DNA of 54,978 nucleotides from Myxococcota bacterium (GTDB lineage Bacteria; Myxococcota; XYA12-FULL-58-9; JABJBS01): NCBI GenBank assembly GCA_036230545.1, contig JAZAIZ010000177.1, positions 1 to 54,978 of the forward strand, read 5' to 3'. Shown piece by piece: positions 10,001 to 18,435 of this stretch (position 1 is its first letter; each line of letters starts with the position of its first letter). The notes under the pieces were generated by a model. It saw only the letters and a program-made list of their open reading frames with translations, ran no database searches and was not told where the DNA came from. The position numbers and the translations under genes were made by a program.

Positions 10001-11313
10001 CTCACGTGCTCAAGCACCGCGCAGGCACGCTTGAGGTTGCCTTTCACGATCTCGGTGATGCCATAGGAGCTCAGGGTATCCTGATGCTTGTGGGCAGTGG
10101 CATAGCTGGTGGCCTTCTGAACCGTACAGCTGTTTTCCTTGAGAACAAAAATGGGGTTGATGCTGTCAAGAGTCGCTGCTGGGTTCTCCAGCTGACGTCG
10201 GCTTAGGACGGTCTTTCGAAAACTCTTGTCCCAGTCCTCAACCAGCTTGTTGGTGCCATCCCAAATGTCGCTGTCCACAGGGAAATCGACGTTGGTGTGG
10301 TAGACAATCTCGCCCTCAAGACGCTTTTGCATGGGAATGACGTCCCCTTGCGCGTCCCGAGACTTCTTCCAGATGTTCCAGCGGTTTGCCACATACATCC
10401 GACCGTCACGGGTGAATTGATACTTGGGGTCGTATTTACGACGCTCGGTCCGAAAGAAACCAAACTTCTGAAACATCCCCTGCTGCTCGGCGCTACAGTT
10501 GGTCGCGTCGACCTCCGAACACTCCTGGAGGGGCTTACCATTCTGGTCCAGGTAAGGAACATAATCGGGGAAGTTTAACGCCACATAATCACTCTCGGGA
10601 ACCTTCATAAAGGAGAGCTTCATCTTGCCATTGGTGGAGGGGCAGTTCAGCAGGGAGAGCCAGTCATAACCGGTGGTGTAGAGACAGTTCATATAATCCG
10701 GCTGAAAGAAATACTCTCCCACCACATTAATGTTGGTCTCGGTGACTTCCGGATGCCAGGGGCTGTCCACCGCCTGCTCCTGAATGAAGTGCCCAGCAGC
10801 AGCATAAGCCGTGATGGCGCCATCAAGAGCATAGTGGTCCCAATGCATATTCGTCGACCAGTCAACAAACATGTGGTCTCGCTGGTGCCACGGCCGGGAA
10901 GAGGTGTCCTCTACCAGAACGTTGCTTTGCTCACCGGTAGACTTGTTGTACTCACGGAGAACATCAAAGTGTCGTTTGATGGGAAAAATCGCAACCTGGT
11001 TGCCATGAAACTCGCCACCGGTGGTGTCAAGTTCAGCGCCCTCAAGAAGCTCGTAAGATCGGTACGCAACAAGCGCCTTCTCTTCGATAACCCAGCGAAT
11101 CCGCTCCATGTCGCCTTCCAGCCCCTCGAAGAGGAGGGAATCAGCATATTGCGATTCAACGATCACCGGGCGAAAATACCACTCACCCTTAAAAATTTCC
11201 TTGGACACCTTGTCTGGCCCGGTGCGGTCAATATCAACCACCTCTCCGTTACAGGCGACCAGGCCGCCCATCAGGGCTGCTACCATCATCAGCTTTGTAA
11301 ACTGAGTACGCAT
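7051..11313 (-). CDS. Giant lipoprotein zinc metalloprotease A (metzincin, DUF4953/EcxA-like core), ~1420 aa
   Basis: Lipobox LMGGLVA-C after a signal peptide (ATG 11313, GGGAG RBS); HEVGHTIGLRHNF (9145-9177); Met-turn STIMDY; GYGPSSADPISGE; PYAFCPDEY...CQAWDKG. Confidence 0.85.
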   Translation of the reverse strand: MRTQFTKLMMVAALMGGLVACNGEVVDIDRTGPDKVSKEIFKGEWYFRPVIVESQYADSLLFEGLEGDMERIRWVIEEKALVAYRSYELLEGAELDTTGGEFHGNQVAIFPIKRHFDVLREYNKSTGEQSNVLVEDTSSRPWHQRDHMFVDWSTNMHWDHYALDGAITAYAAAGHFIQEQAVDSPWHPEVTETNINVVGEYFFQPDYMNCLYTTGYDWLSLLNCPSTNGKMKLSFMKVPESDYVALNFPDYVPYLDQNGKPLQECSEVDATNCSAEQQGMFQKFGFFRTERRKYDPKYQFTRDGRMYVANRWNIWKKSRDAQGDVIPMQKRLEGEIVYHTNVDFPVDSDIWDGTNKLVEDWDKSFRKTVLSRRQLENPAATLDSINPIFVLKENSCTVQKATSYATAHKHQDTLSSYGITEIVKGNLKRACAVLEHVSKGDFTWEKTADLRHSFFHWVDTPQNGPLGYGPSSADPISGELISANANIYGASIDRLSAYAADIVELMNNDIDMANMVNGTHVREHMKSHRFNTDIPDAQARHAGFDLEKMERMNREFRAQNHMERSFNSAAPEKMAKGALRVNINAPAMTPEMREMATATSRAKLQRLRGSRIDRELLTSDEHRRGILGPDGFQPGVGTSNGARDFSALDWTMDEFGYQKAMDAFEKRLAEDTILLESWADEGMASMALELKDMSWEEIYSFMRENIYRGVMAHEVGHTIGLRHNFEGSMDPLNFHHSFWDHYDVQKEKIQYVDDNEEPTKAERLMYSTIMDYDARFYADSFEGIGPYDNAAIHFGYGEMVEVFDGDFAALGYQSLLFLNSYHDIPKVFDGSLSCPSRFENCHPDYSMANAYYGDYASADDEVTADTNYALYSRHINSYYKDALKTTAPKPENISKRKFVPNEVLYQEWSDYHNDVDYDIPYDEVPYAFCPDEYRWESNVRCQAWDKGANMTEVIQDRALRHDRYYVFSNFKRDRFEFGLNLGSYAYRLYSRYFSAMSGVYRYYFYGNNGMGYDKNGDYLYLTDFGVGRDWQASAMEGLNYLASVVNQPEPGWHCKNDDNTYVHWDDGEGNILPGCAAGDELEIPLGVGKNLRTKWTDEYNYKVTQIGTYWDKYVALWAMTYNEGSFYRNFSDWFDSGSFSLSYWRSLRPEMVKFFGPAITGKHGDFSWRLDTDGKFLELPIVDIYKKQEADIADEDYVRDTSAMDLPKIAGSWSWTLRYYATVLPMVRFNSMYDYTIDYSSYGRVCLNGYRDCMDMEADLNDDGTMDANITTYVDPITGYTYHSPGVLESDDAQMQPFTLSGLMDIAEADYLTLKATGGVDEQELHRAYLEMKEAKDNYEMHFGAHMLTEAQEYADSTYAPALTTWQTAKANYETLNSSANRDALLAAEVVLEKAEAGVNERASSLDIMRDMAYVTEFGG

Positions 11314-11374
11314 TGAGTTCACTCCCAAATTAAAGAATGCATTTCTTGGTTTCGTCGTCATCATCATCTCCGGC

Positions 11375-14300
11375 TTAGAGCTCTGCCCCGTGTTCGTAGA
11401 TTAGATGAACCAGTCGCGTGTATTGCAGCAGCTGCTCATTCACAGTCAGGGTATTGCGAGCCTTGCTCCAATCCCGAGACTTATCACGATAAATCGTTCG
11501 CTTGGCGTCAATATCTGCCTGGGCAGCCACCGGGTCAGCGGCGCCGGAGAAGTCATCCCGCGCTGCCTGCCAGGCATCATAAGCCACTCGAACATCTTCA
11601 TATTCGTGGGTTTCCAGGTACTCTGCAGCCGCAGCGCACTCGGTTACCAGGTCGTAAGCGATGTTGTAGCCATCCTGATTCTGCTTGGCCTTGAAGACCT
11701 TGCCCGACACCGGGATGGTGCAGGAGGCGGTCGTCAATGTACCAACAGGGTCGTTGCAAGTAAGCGCGGTTGCATCCCACTCACAGCCAGCGATCTGACC
11801 GCAGGTCCAGGAGTTGGTACCGCCACCACAGAGGCTCGCTTCAAAATCACCGACGTCATCGTAGCCACCGTCGAGAACAACCCGGGTGTGCTTGGCGAAG
11901 TCAAGGGTGCTGTCCAGGGGCGACGTCAAGAGCGCCATCCCATAAAGCATCGCCGTACGCTGAAGGTTTCGTGCCAGCGCAGGGATAATCACCGGCGCAG
12001 TCTCACCCGCAGCCGGGGCCTGAGCGCTGGTTTCCAGAGAACGAGTCAAATCCACCACCCGCTTGGGCTGCAGATTAATCCGGTCATCGGTCACGTCCAC
12101 CACAGTCGCCAAAGACTTGCGGTCGTATTGAATCAGGCCACTCATGATGCCCAGAATCTCTTTGCTGTAGAGACGGTAAGGACTCACTGAGTACATTCGC
12201 CAATCCTCAGCCGAGTTCACCCGGTAAAAACGAGCCCAAGGGTCGGTCAACTCGCGAATCGCATACATCTTGTCCCAATAGGTTCCGATATACTTCCAAC
12301 CCCAAGTGACGAAATCATCGGTGAGGTCAAGGAAGAGAGGTTGAACCTGTCCAAGAACAGGAACCACGCTGTCGTCAGTAACGCCGTCACGGTTGGTGTC
12401 CGCGAAGACACAGGTCTCACGGTCGAGGCCATAGCCCACGTGGTTGGTGGGGTCTGGCTGCTCCAGAGCGCTGTAGGAGACCATATTGCTGGGGTAGTAG
12501 AAGACGTTGCCGTCATCGTTGGTGCATTTGTAATAACGTCCGGGCTCCGGCATCGCGATGACCTCAGCCATCATGTTGATCCCATTCCCTACGGCCGTCG
12601 CCATGTCCTGCCCCAGGTCAGTCTCAAAGAAACTGGCTCCGTCAAACATCTCATCCTGTGTGCTGCGGTAGAGGTACATATACTGATACGCGGTGATAAT
12701 CTCACGGAAGTATCGGTAAGAGCGCCCCATCAAGGCCCACGAGGGCAACTCAATTCGACCGTTCAGGTAGTTCGAGAAGATGAAGTAGTTCTTATAACGA
12801 ACGTAACGAGCCGCTTGCAGCTCCCGATAATTCGCTCCGAAGTCAAAGCGATTACAGGTAGGGGTCCGTCCGGCGTACTCATCGGAGCAGAAGAGGTAAG
12901 GAACCTCGTTGGCTTCAATGTCGTCAACGTTGGCAACGATGCGCTCGTCGGAGTCAGTCCAATCAAAGCTCACGTTGTTTCGGTTATAAAACGTGTCAAC
13001 GGAGCCCATGTACGCGGGAATCTTCTTATAATCGTTCTGAAAGTTCCACTTCCGCAGCGACTTGCCCGCGTCCATGGTGGTGTCCTCGAAGACCTCCACA
13101 AGCTGACCATAACCAAATTTGGTGGCGGCCTCGTCATAGAGACCCAGCCCACGGAAATCACCGTTAATCTTACCGTGATAATCCATGATGGAGCTGTATT
13201 TGTACTCGGGCTGATGCTGCTCGAGCTTGTCTTCCTCAGTGATGTTTGCGGTCTCAATGTCCCAGAACGCCCGATTGTAGTTCAAAGCGTCGTAAGAAGC
13301 CTCGAAGTTGTGCCGCAGACCAATGTTGTGACCAATCTCGTGCAGAGCCACTGCCTTAAAGATCCGGCTCCGAAGAATCTGGTAACGCTCCTCAGGGCTC
13401 TTGTCTTTCAGCTCTTTGGCGAGACCCACCAGCGCGTCATCAAGGTTAGCCATCGGGCAGAAGGTGCGCTCTTGAAGTCGCTTGGCAAACCCGAGCTGCT
13501 GATGCTTCTGCATCCGAGAGTTCTTGATAAAGGAAGCGTTCTCCAAGTGCTCATCAGTGATATCATCACCGGGCTTCCACTGGCCAAAGGAGGTCAACAC
13601 AATGTCTTCGGGACGGGTCAGGTGCTCGTGCTCAAAGGAAGTCCCCTCAACACGACCAAGACGCTCTTCAAAGTGCTCGCTGTTTTCGATCCCCACCAGG
13701 AGTTCCTCTTTAGAGTCCCCCAGCCCTTGAAAACGGGCCTCGAGGCTGGCGAAGTGCTCCGGCGAAGCCATCTGCTGAGCCATCTCATTCATCTCTTCCA
13801 TGTCCATGGGAGAGTCCATGTTTTGGCCAGGCATATAGTCGGGGCTGTTTTGCAGGCCAGGCATGTGATTGCCCGCCATGAGGTCTCTGAGCTCGAGGTC
13901 GCCGTTCTCGTAATCGATATAATCTCGAGCGCGAGCAGCGGCGTGATTAATGGTGTAGCCCATGAGGTTCGCCGTGGACACAACGTTCATCCCCGTAACG
14001 GGGTCCGCCAGCATCGGGCCATAACCCGAGAAAGCCGCCGGAGAGACCTTATTAATCCAATTGAGCATATTGAAGCGGGCGTCACCGGCCTGCTGCCACT
14101 CAAAGACATCTTTAATCTCTGCTGCGCGGCTGAAATACTCAGCCGCCGAGCAATAATTTGCCAGGTTGGCGTCCGTCATAGCCGCACCCACCTCATTGGC
14201 CACCAGCTTCTTAACGCTGCCATGCTCGGCAAAGTAGGCGGTCAGATTGTCGGTGGAGCAGCTGTTCTGCTTCAAGACAAACATGTCCGGGACATCGGCG

Positions 14301-15454
14301 ATGTTCTTGCCCTGAAGTTCGGCTACCAGACGCTTGAACACGCCGTTCCACTCTTCAGCCACCTCTTTGGCGGTGTCCACCAGGTCTGCTGGGAAATCCC
14401 AGTTGAGGTAATAGGTGATAGGCTTTGGGGTACGCAGAGTGTAGGGGATCTCAGCGCCCTGAGAGTCAACGCTCTTCTCCCAGATGTTGAAACGGATGAT
14501 TCGGTTCATGCGACCGCTCTCGGTCAACGAACGATAGTTATCATAGGTCAGGCGCTCGAGACGGTAATAACCAAAGCGCTCCCAAATCTTGGTACGTCGA
14601 ACCTCACCAGTCTCGGCGTCCACGATCTCATTGCCGCTGCTGTCAACCACAGGCACCGAGTCAGGGTAATTCAAGGGCTGGTAACCCGCCGCTTCTTCCT
14701 GATCCATCTCCATAAAAGAGTGGCGAACCCGGGCTTCACCGGAACCACAGGTAAACCAGGAGAAGCCATACTCGTAGAGACACTGATACCAATCGGGGAT
14801 CATCGTGTGCGCTGTGACCACGTCAAAATAACCGGTCTCGGGATGCACTCGAGGACGATAGGGGTTGGAGGGCGAGGTGCCCTCGGTGATCAAACGACTG
14901 TTGGTCACCGGAATAAAGGAGACGTCGAGGATGAAGGGGTTGTGACCGAGGATGTTCGTGCCCCAATCTACCCGCATATACTCACGCTCGTTCCACAAAC
15001 GATCGCTGGAGTTCTCCGCGATGACGTTGGTGGGCTCTCCGTTGGCGCTGTTATAACGGCGCGCGATGTCGAAGTGCGTGGTGATAGGGAACATGACGAT
15101 GGGGTTGCCATACTCACTGAGGGTCGCGCCCTCTTCAGAGCCCTCCTCACTGCCAGCCACCCACTCGTAATCCGAATAACCGATTAACTTATTGGCCTGA
15201 ACTTCCCAGCGGATCCGCTGAATCGTGAATAAATCGCCCGTACCGATGGCCAGCCAGGGGCGCTGGGTCTCGGGGGCGTCTACGACAGTCCGTCGATAAT
15301 ACCAGGTCTTGCCCAGTAAATCAGACTTCTTCACGTAGTTGGGTTGAACTAGATTAACATCGCCCATGTCTGCGGCGCAGCCGACAACCATGAGTCCTGC
15401 CAGTACGAGAGCCAACGCTCCCCCAGCCAATTTGCTCACCTGATTGAACATCAT
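11375..15454 (-). CDS. Giant lipoprotein zinc metalloprotease B (paralog of A), ~1360 aa
   Basis: Lipobox LMVVG-C (ATG 15454 or 15451, GAGAGGAAG RBS); HEIGHNIGLRHNF (13310-13342); Met-turn SSIMDY; GYGPMLADPVTG; PYLFCSDEY...CNRFDFG. Confidence 0.85.
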   Translation of the reverse strand: MMFNQVSKLAGGALALVLAGLMVVGCAADMGDVNLVQPNYVKKSDLLGKTWYYRRTVVDAPETQRPWLAIGTGDLFTIQRIRWEVQANKLIGYSDYEWVAGSEEGSEEGATLSEYGNPIVMFPITTHFDIARRYNSANGEPTNVIAENSSDRLWNEREYMRVDWGTNILGHNPFILDVSFIPVTNSRLITEGTSPSNPYRPRVHPETGYFDVVTAHTMIPDWYQCLYEYGFSWFTCGSGEARVRHSFMEMDQEEAAGYQPLNYPDSVPVVDSSGNEIVDAETGEVRRTKIWERFGYYRLERLTYDNYRSLTESGRMNRIIRFNIWEKSVDSQGAEIPYTLRTPKPITYYLNWDFPADLVDTAKEVAEEWNGVFKRLVAELQGKNIADVPDMFVLKQNSCSTDNLTAYFAEHGSVKKLVANEVGAAMTDANLANYCSAAEYFSRAAEIKDVFEWQQAGDARFNMLNWINKVSPAAFSGYGPMLADPVTGMNVVSTANLMGYTINHAAARARDYIDYENGDLELRDLMAGNHMPGLQNSPDYMPGQNMDSPMDMEEMNEMAQQMASPEHFASLEARFQGLGDSKEELLVGIENSEHFEERLGRVEGTSFEHEHLTRPEDIVLTSFGQWKPGDDITDEHLENASFIKNSRMQKHQQLGFAKRLQERTFCPMANLDDALVGLAKELKDKSPEERYQILRSRIFKAVALHEIGHNIGLRHNFEASYDALNYNRAFWDIETANITEEDKLEQHQPEYKYSSIMDYHGKINGDFRGLGLYDEAATKFGYGQLVEVFEDTTMDAGKSLRKWNFQNDYKKIPAYMGSVDTFYNRNNVSFDWTDSDERIVANVDDIEANEVPYLFCSDEYAGRTPTCNRFDFGANYRELQAARYVRYKNYFIFSNYLNGRIELPSWALMGRSYRYFREIITAYQYMYLYRSTQDEMFDGASFFETDLGQDMATAVGNGINMMAEVIAMPEPGRYYKCTNDDGNVFYYPSNMVSYSALEQPDPTNHVGYGLDRETCVFADTNRDGVTDDSVVPVLGQVQPLFLDLTDDFVTWGWKYIGTYWDKMYAIRELTDPWARFYRVNSAEDWRMYSVSPYRLYSKEILGIMSGLIQYDRKSLATVVDVTDDRINLQPKRVVDLTRSLETSAQAPAAGETAPVIIPALARNLQRTAMLYGMALLTSPLDSTLDFAKHTRVVLDGGYDDVGDFEASLCGGGTNSWTCGQIAGCEWDATALTCNDPVGTLTTASCTIPVSGKVFKAKQNQDGYNIAYDLVTECAAAAEYLETHEYEDVRVAYDAWQAARDDFSGAADPVAAQADIDAKRTIYRDKSRDWSKARNTLTVNEQLLQYTRLVHLIYEHGAEL

Positions 15455-15500
15455 CTTCCTCTCAGTGTGGGTACCACTTAAACGATTGTTGATTCTCATA

Positions 15501-16760
15501 TTAGAACGTTCCTGACAGACTGAATCCGAAGCCACCAAAGTTGGACGCGATGTTGTTCACGTCGCCACCCTTGTCTTCGTTATCGGGGATAGCACTCGCA
15601 TAGCCAACATCGGTGCCGAGCGAGTTGTAGAAGAGCGGCCAGCGGATCGACTTCTGGTCTGCACGCCAGACGCCGTGAGCCGTTGAAATCCCCATGGAAG
15701 CGCTAAGGCTGAAGGGCAGGTCCACCGCGTCCCCCAGCTGGCCCGTAATATCGTAAGACAAATCAATGGAGGTGGAGAAGCTGTCCGAACCGCCGCGGTC
15801 GTTTTGAGCGTTGTCCGCCTGCAGCTCGTCGCTATCAGGATAGTTGTTGAGATTGCGTCGATTGGTGAGGCCCACCGAATAACTCAAGCCGAGATGCTCG
15901 GTGAAAGCATAAGAAGCGCTGAACCCATTTCGAATGCTGAAATCAGCGTTAGGGCCACCGCGGTGACAGCGATAGACATCCTCATCGTTGGCGTCCTTGC
16001 CCAGGCTACAGAGCGCTGCGTCCGCTTGAGCTACCGCCTGCTCCGCCTCCCGCACCTGCGAGCTCATCGCCACTCGAACATTGGACCCATAAAAGTATTT
16101 GGTGAAGCCAAAGTTATAGCTCAGGCTAAGACCACCAAATTTACGCGAGACTCCAAAGGACGTCCCCAAAACGCTCCACTTCTCGGCGTGGATGCTCTCC
16201 GGTGAGGTAGGCAGACTAAGAGAGAGACTGCCGCTCAGGTTAATGCCCGTAAACTCATCCTTGTAAATTGAGCCATCGGCCACCCGCAGCGAAAGGTCTC
16301 GAAGAAAGACCCGCTGCCCCACGGGGTTGTTGGGAGTCGTCAACGCCATTCCAAGTCCCCACCCTGCGCGGGCGGAGAGCTTGTGCCCGAGGACATCAAA
16401 GCGGTAGGTCCCGCTAAAGCCCCAGGACTGCGTGACATCGTCGTAATAATCTCCAGAGGGACCGCTCACAAAGGTGCCAGTTCCAATGTTGTGGCCCATC
16501 GAGACACCGGCACTCCATGGCTTGGTGTCTTTCTTCTCGGAGTCTTCCTCGGCAACGACTGCAGCTGCGGGCGCCTCCTGAGACTCGGGAAGGGCGGCGG
16601 GTGCCGCTTCGGCAACCGCTTCTTTGTTCGGAACTTCCTCAGTAACCTGCTCAGAGACAGGATCCTGGGCTGCCGGCTCACCGGAGTCAGCCGCCGCAAA
16701 TACGGGGGGTGTAAAAGACAGGATTAATAGGACGGCACTAACAAGGGCATTTATTCGCAC
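15501..16760 (-). CDS. Uncharacterised outer-membrane beta-barrel protein
   Basis: GTG start with GGGAG RBS; signal peptide ending VFA-A; acidic disordered linker; many alternating amphipathic strands (WGFSGTYRF, LSLSYNFGF, FSASYAF, LSYSVGL); C-terminal GFSLSGTF beta-signal. Confidence 0.8.
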   Translation of the reverse strand: MRINALVSAVLLILSFTPPVFAAADSGEPAAQDPVSEQVTEEVPNKEAVAEAAPAALPESQEAPAAAVVAEEDSEKKDTKPWSAGVSMGHNIGTGTFVSGPSGDYYDDVTQSWGFSGTYRFDVLGHKLSARAGWGLGMALTTPNNPVGQRVFLRDLSLRVADGSIYKDEFTGINLSGSLSLSLPTSPESIHAEKWSVLGTSFGVSRKFGGLSLSYNFGFTKYFYGSNVRVAMSSQVREAEQAVAQADAALCSLGKDANDEDVYRCHRGGPNADFSIRNGFSASYAFTEHLGLSYSVGLTNRRNLNNYPDSDELQADNAQNDRGGSDSFSTSIDLSYDITGQLGDAVDLPFSLSASMGISTAHGVWRADQKSIRWPLFYNSLGTDVGYASAIPDNEDKGGDVNNIASNFGGFGFSLSGTF

Positions 16761-16987
16761 GCGGTTCTCCCCACGTTAAAGCCACACTGTGGAGACGCTT
16801 CCTCCATCCATGAGCAGCTGCGGATTATTTGGCTAGAGTTAATCAAGGACCCAATCCTGCGATTAACCATTTCTAACCAATGTTCAATCGTCGGTCTTCT
16901 CAGAAACAACTGCCAAGCGTTTCCAGATGACACCGGATTCCAACTCCCTTTGCCCATTGAGGGCATATCCGAAAATTTGGGAATGCA

Positions 16988-17017
16988 GGTGTACCATTCT
17001 CGTTTCAAAAACGTCAA
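16988..17017 (-). promoter_or_regulatory. Putative sigma70 promoter of the OMP-metzincin operon
   Basis: Minus strand TTGACG-N18-TACACC with an extended-10-type TG (TGn) just upstream of the -10; AT-rich context; -10 imperfect. Confidence 0.45.
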
Positions 17018-17076
17018 CGCTTTTCTAAGTATCAAAGCGTGGCTGTGGAGGATGGTTTTTCAAGAAAAAGGGCCTT

Positions 17077-17089
17077 TAAGTTACTGATA
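17077..17089. promoter_or_regulatory. IHF consensus site
   Basis: TAAGTTACTGATA is the reverse complement of WATCARNNNNTTR; lies in AT-rich intergenic DNA. Confidence 0.5.
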
Positions 17090-17164
17090 ATATTTGTCAT
17101 TTCTTTAGCAAAGCCCGGAAAACCGGTGTTTGCAGCGTTTCATGACCTTATAAAGAGGGGTAAT

Positions 17165-18253
17165 TCAACGACCGGTGCAGGTCCTTCGTACCTGTCCCAC
17201 CAGCTCAATGCGATCCATGGCGAGGTTGTTCGCCGCCCGGAAGGTGTGGATATTGTGCTTGTTTGCGCGCTCAAGCACCCTCTTCATGATCGAGTAGATG
17301 CTCGCCGCCTGATTCAGGGCCCGCTCCTGGTTGTAGCCCTCAAGCTCCTTGGCCACGTTCATCAAGCCTCCCGCATTGATAACAAAATCAGGAGCATAGA
17401 GAATTTTTCGCTCCCCCAACATGAGCGCGTCGGTGGCCTCGTCCCGAAGCTGGTTGTTGGCCGCCCCCGCGATCAATTTGCAGCTCAAACGAGGAATGGT
17501 CTCCTCATTAACGATCGCGCCCATGGCGCAGGGAGCGAAGACATCGCAGTCCACATCGTAAATTTCATCCGGGGAGACCGCCTCAACGCCGTGGTCGGTC
17601 ACTGCTTTACGGACGTTCTCAAGATCGATATCCGCCACCACCACCCGAGCCCCGGCCTCCACCAGGTGTCCCACCAGGTGATAACCCACGTGGCCCACCC
17701 CTTGAACCGCAATCTTCAAACCGCGAAAGTCGGAACGACCAAAGCGCTCTTCCACCGCAGCCTTCATGCCCGAGAACACCCCAAAGGCCGTCACCGGCGA
17801 AGGATCTCCAGACCCGCCCACCGAGCGGGAGATCCCCGTAACATGCCGGGTTTCCAAACGAATCATCTCCATGTCTTCCATGGTGGTGCCAGAATCTTCG
17901 GCGGTAATATAGCGCCCTCCCAGCCCTTCGAGGTAGCGACCAAAGGCCCGCCACAGAATCTCACTCTTGTCGGCTTTGGGGTCGCCAATAATGACAGCCT
18001 TGCCGCCACCGAGGTTCAGCCCCGCCACCGCCGCCTTGTAGGTCATCCCGCGCGACAGCCGCAGGACGTCAATCAGCGCATCACGCTCACTCGCGTAGGG
18101 GAACATCCGGCAGCCCCCGAGGGCCGGGCCCAAAACGGTGTTGTGAATTCCGATGATTGCTCGCAATCCGCTTACTTCATCCCGGCAAAAGATGACCTGC
18201 TCGTGGTCACGCTTCCCGAGTTCTTCAAACACTTGATAACCTGTCTCATTCAT
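17165..18253 (-). CDS. Leucine (Glu/Leu/Phe/Val family) dehydrogenase
   Basis: HEQVIFC, LGPALGGCR, LSRGMTYK, LNLGGGK, YITAEDSG, GDPSPVTAFG, QGVGHVG, AGAANNQL, APDFVINAGG. Confidence 0.93.
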   Translation of the reverse strand: MNETGYQVFEELGKRDHEQVIFCRDEVSGLRAIIGIHNTVLGPALGGCRMFPYASERDALIDVLRLSRGMTYKAAVAGLNLGGGKAVIIGDPKADKSEILWRAFGRYLEGLGGRYITAEDSGTTMEDMEMIRLETRHVTGISRSVGGSGDPSPVTAFGVFSGMKAAVEERFGRSDFRGLKIAVQGVGHVGYHLVGHLVEAGARVVVADIDLENVRKAVTDHGVEAVSPDEIYDVDCDVFAPCAMGAIVNEETIPRLSCKLIAGAANNQLRDEATDALMLGERKILYAPDFVINAGGLMNVAKELEGYNQERALNQAASIYSIMKRVLERANKHNIHTFRAANNLAMDRIELVGQVRRTCTGR

Positions 18254-18435
18254 GGGCGCCTGATTACCCCGTTGTCCCCCACCGGTCAACCGAACAAAAC
18301 AACGCATTGCATCAGATATCCCTTTAGAATAAGGGTTTCAGGACACACCACCGCTCGGACAGCCCCGAACGTCACCCACGCCCTTTTGCTCCCGCTCGCG
18401 GTGGTATACCGTCACAGAGAACACACGGATTCCAG

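Noticed and set aside
8578-15187. Long + strand ORFs 8578-10206 (542 aa) and 12341-15187 (948 aa)
   Set aside because: Antisense shadows of the metzincin genes caused by codon bias; no motifs or RBS
16761-17164. sigma54 promoter accompanying the IHF site
   Set aside because: No correctly spaced TGGCAC-N5-TTGC found on the minus strand
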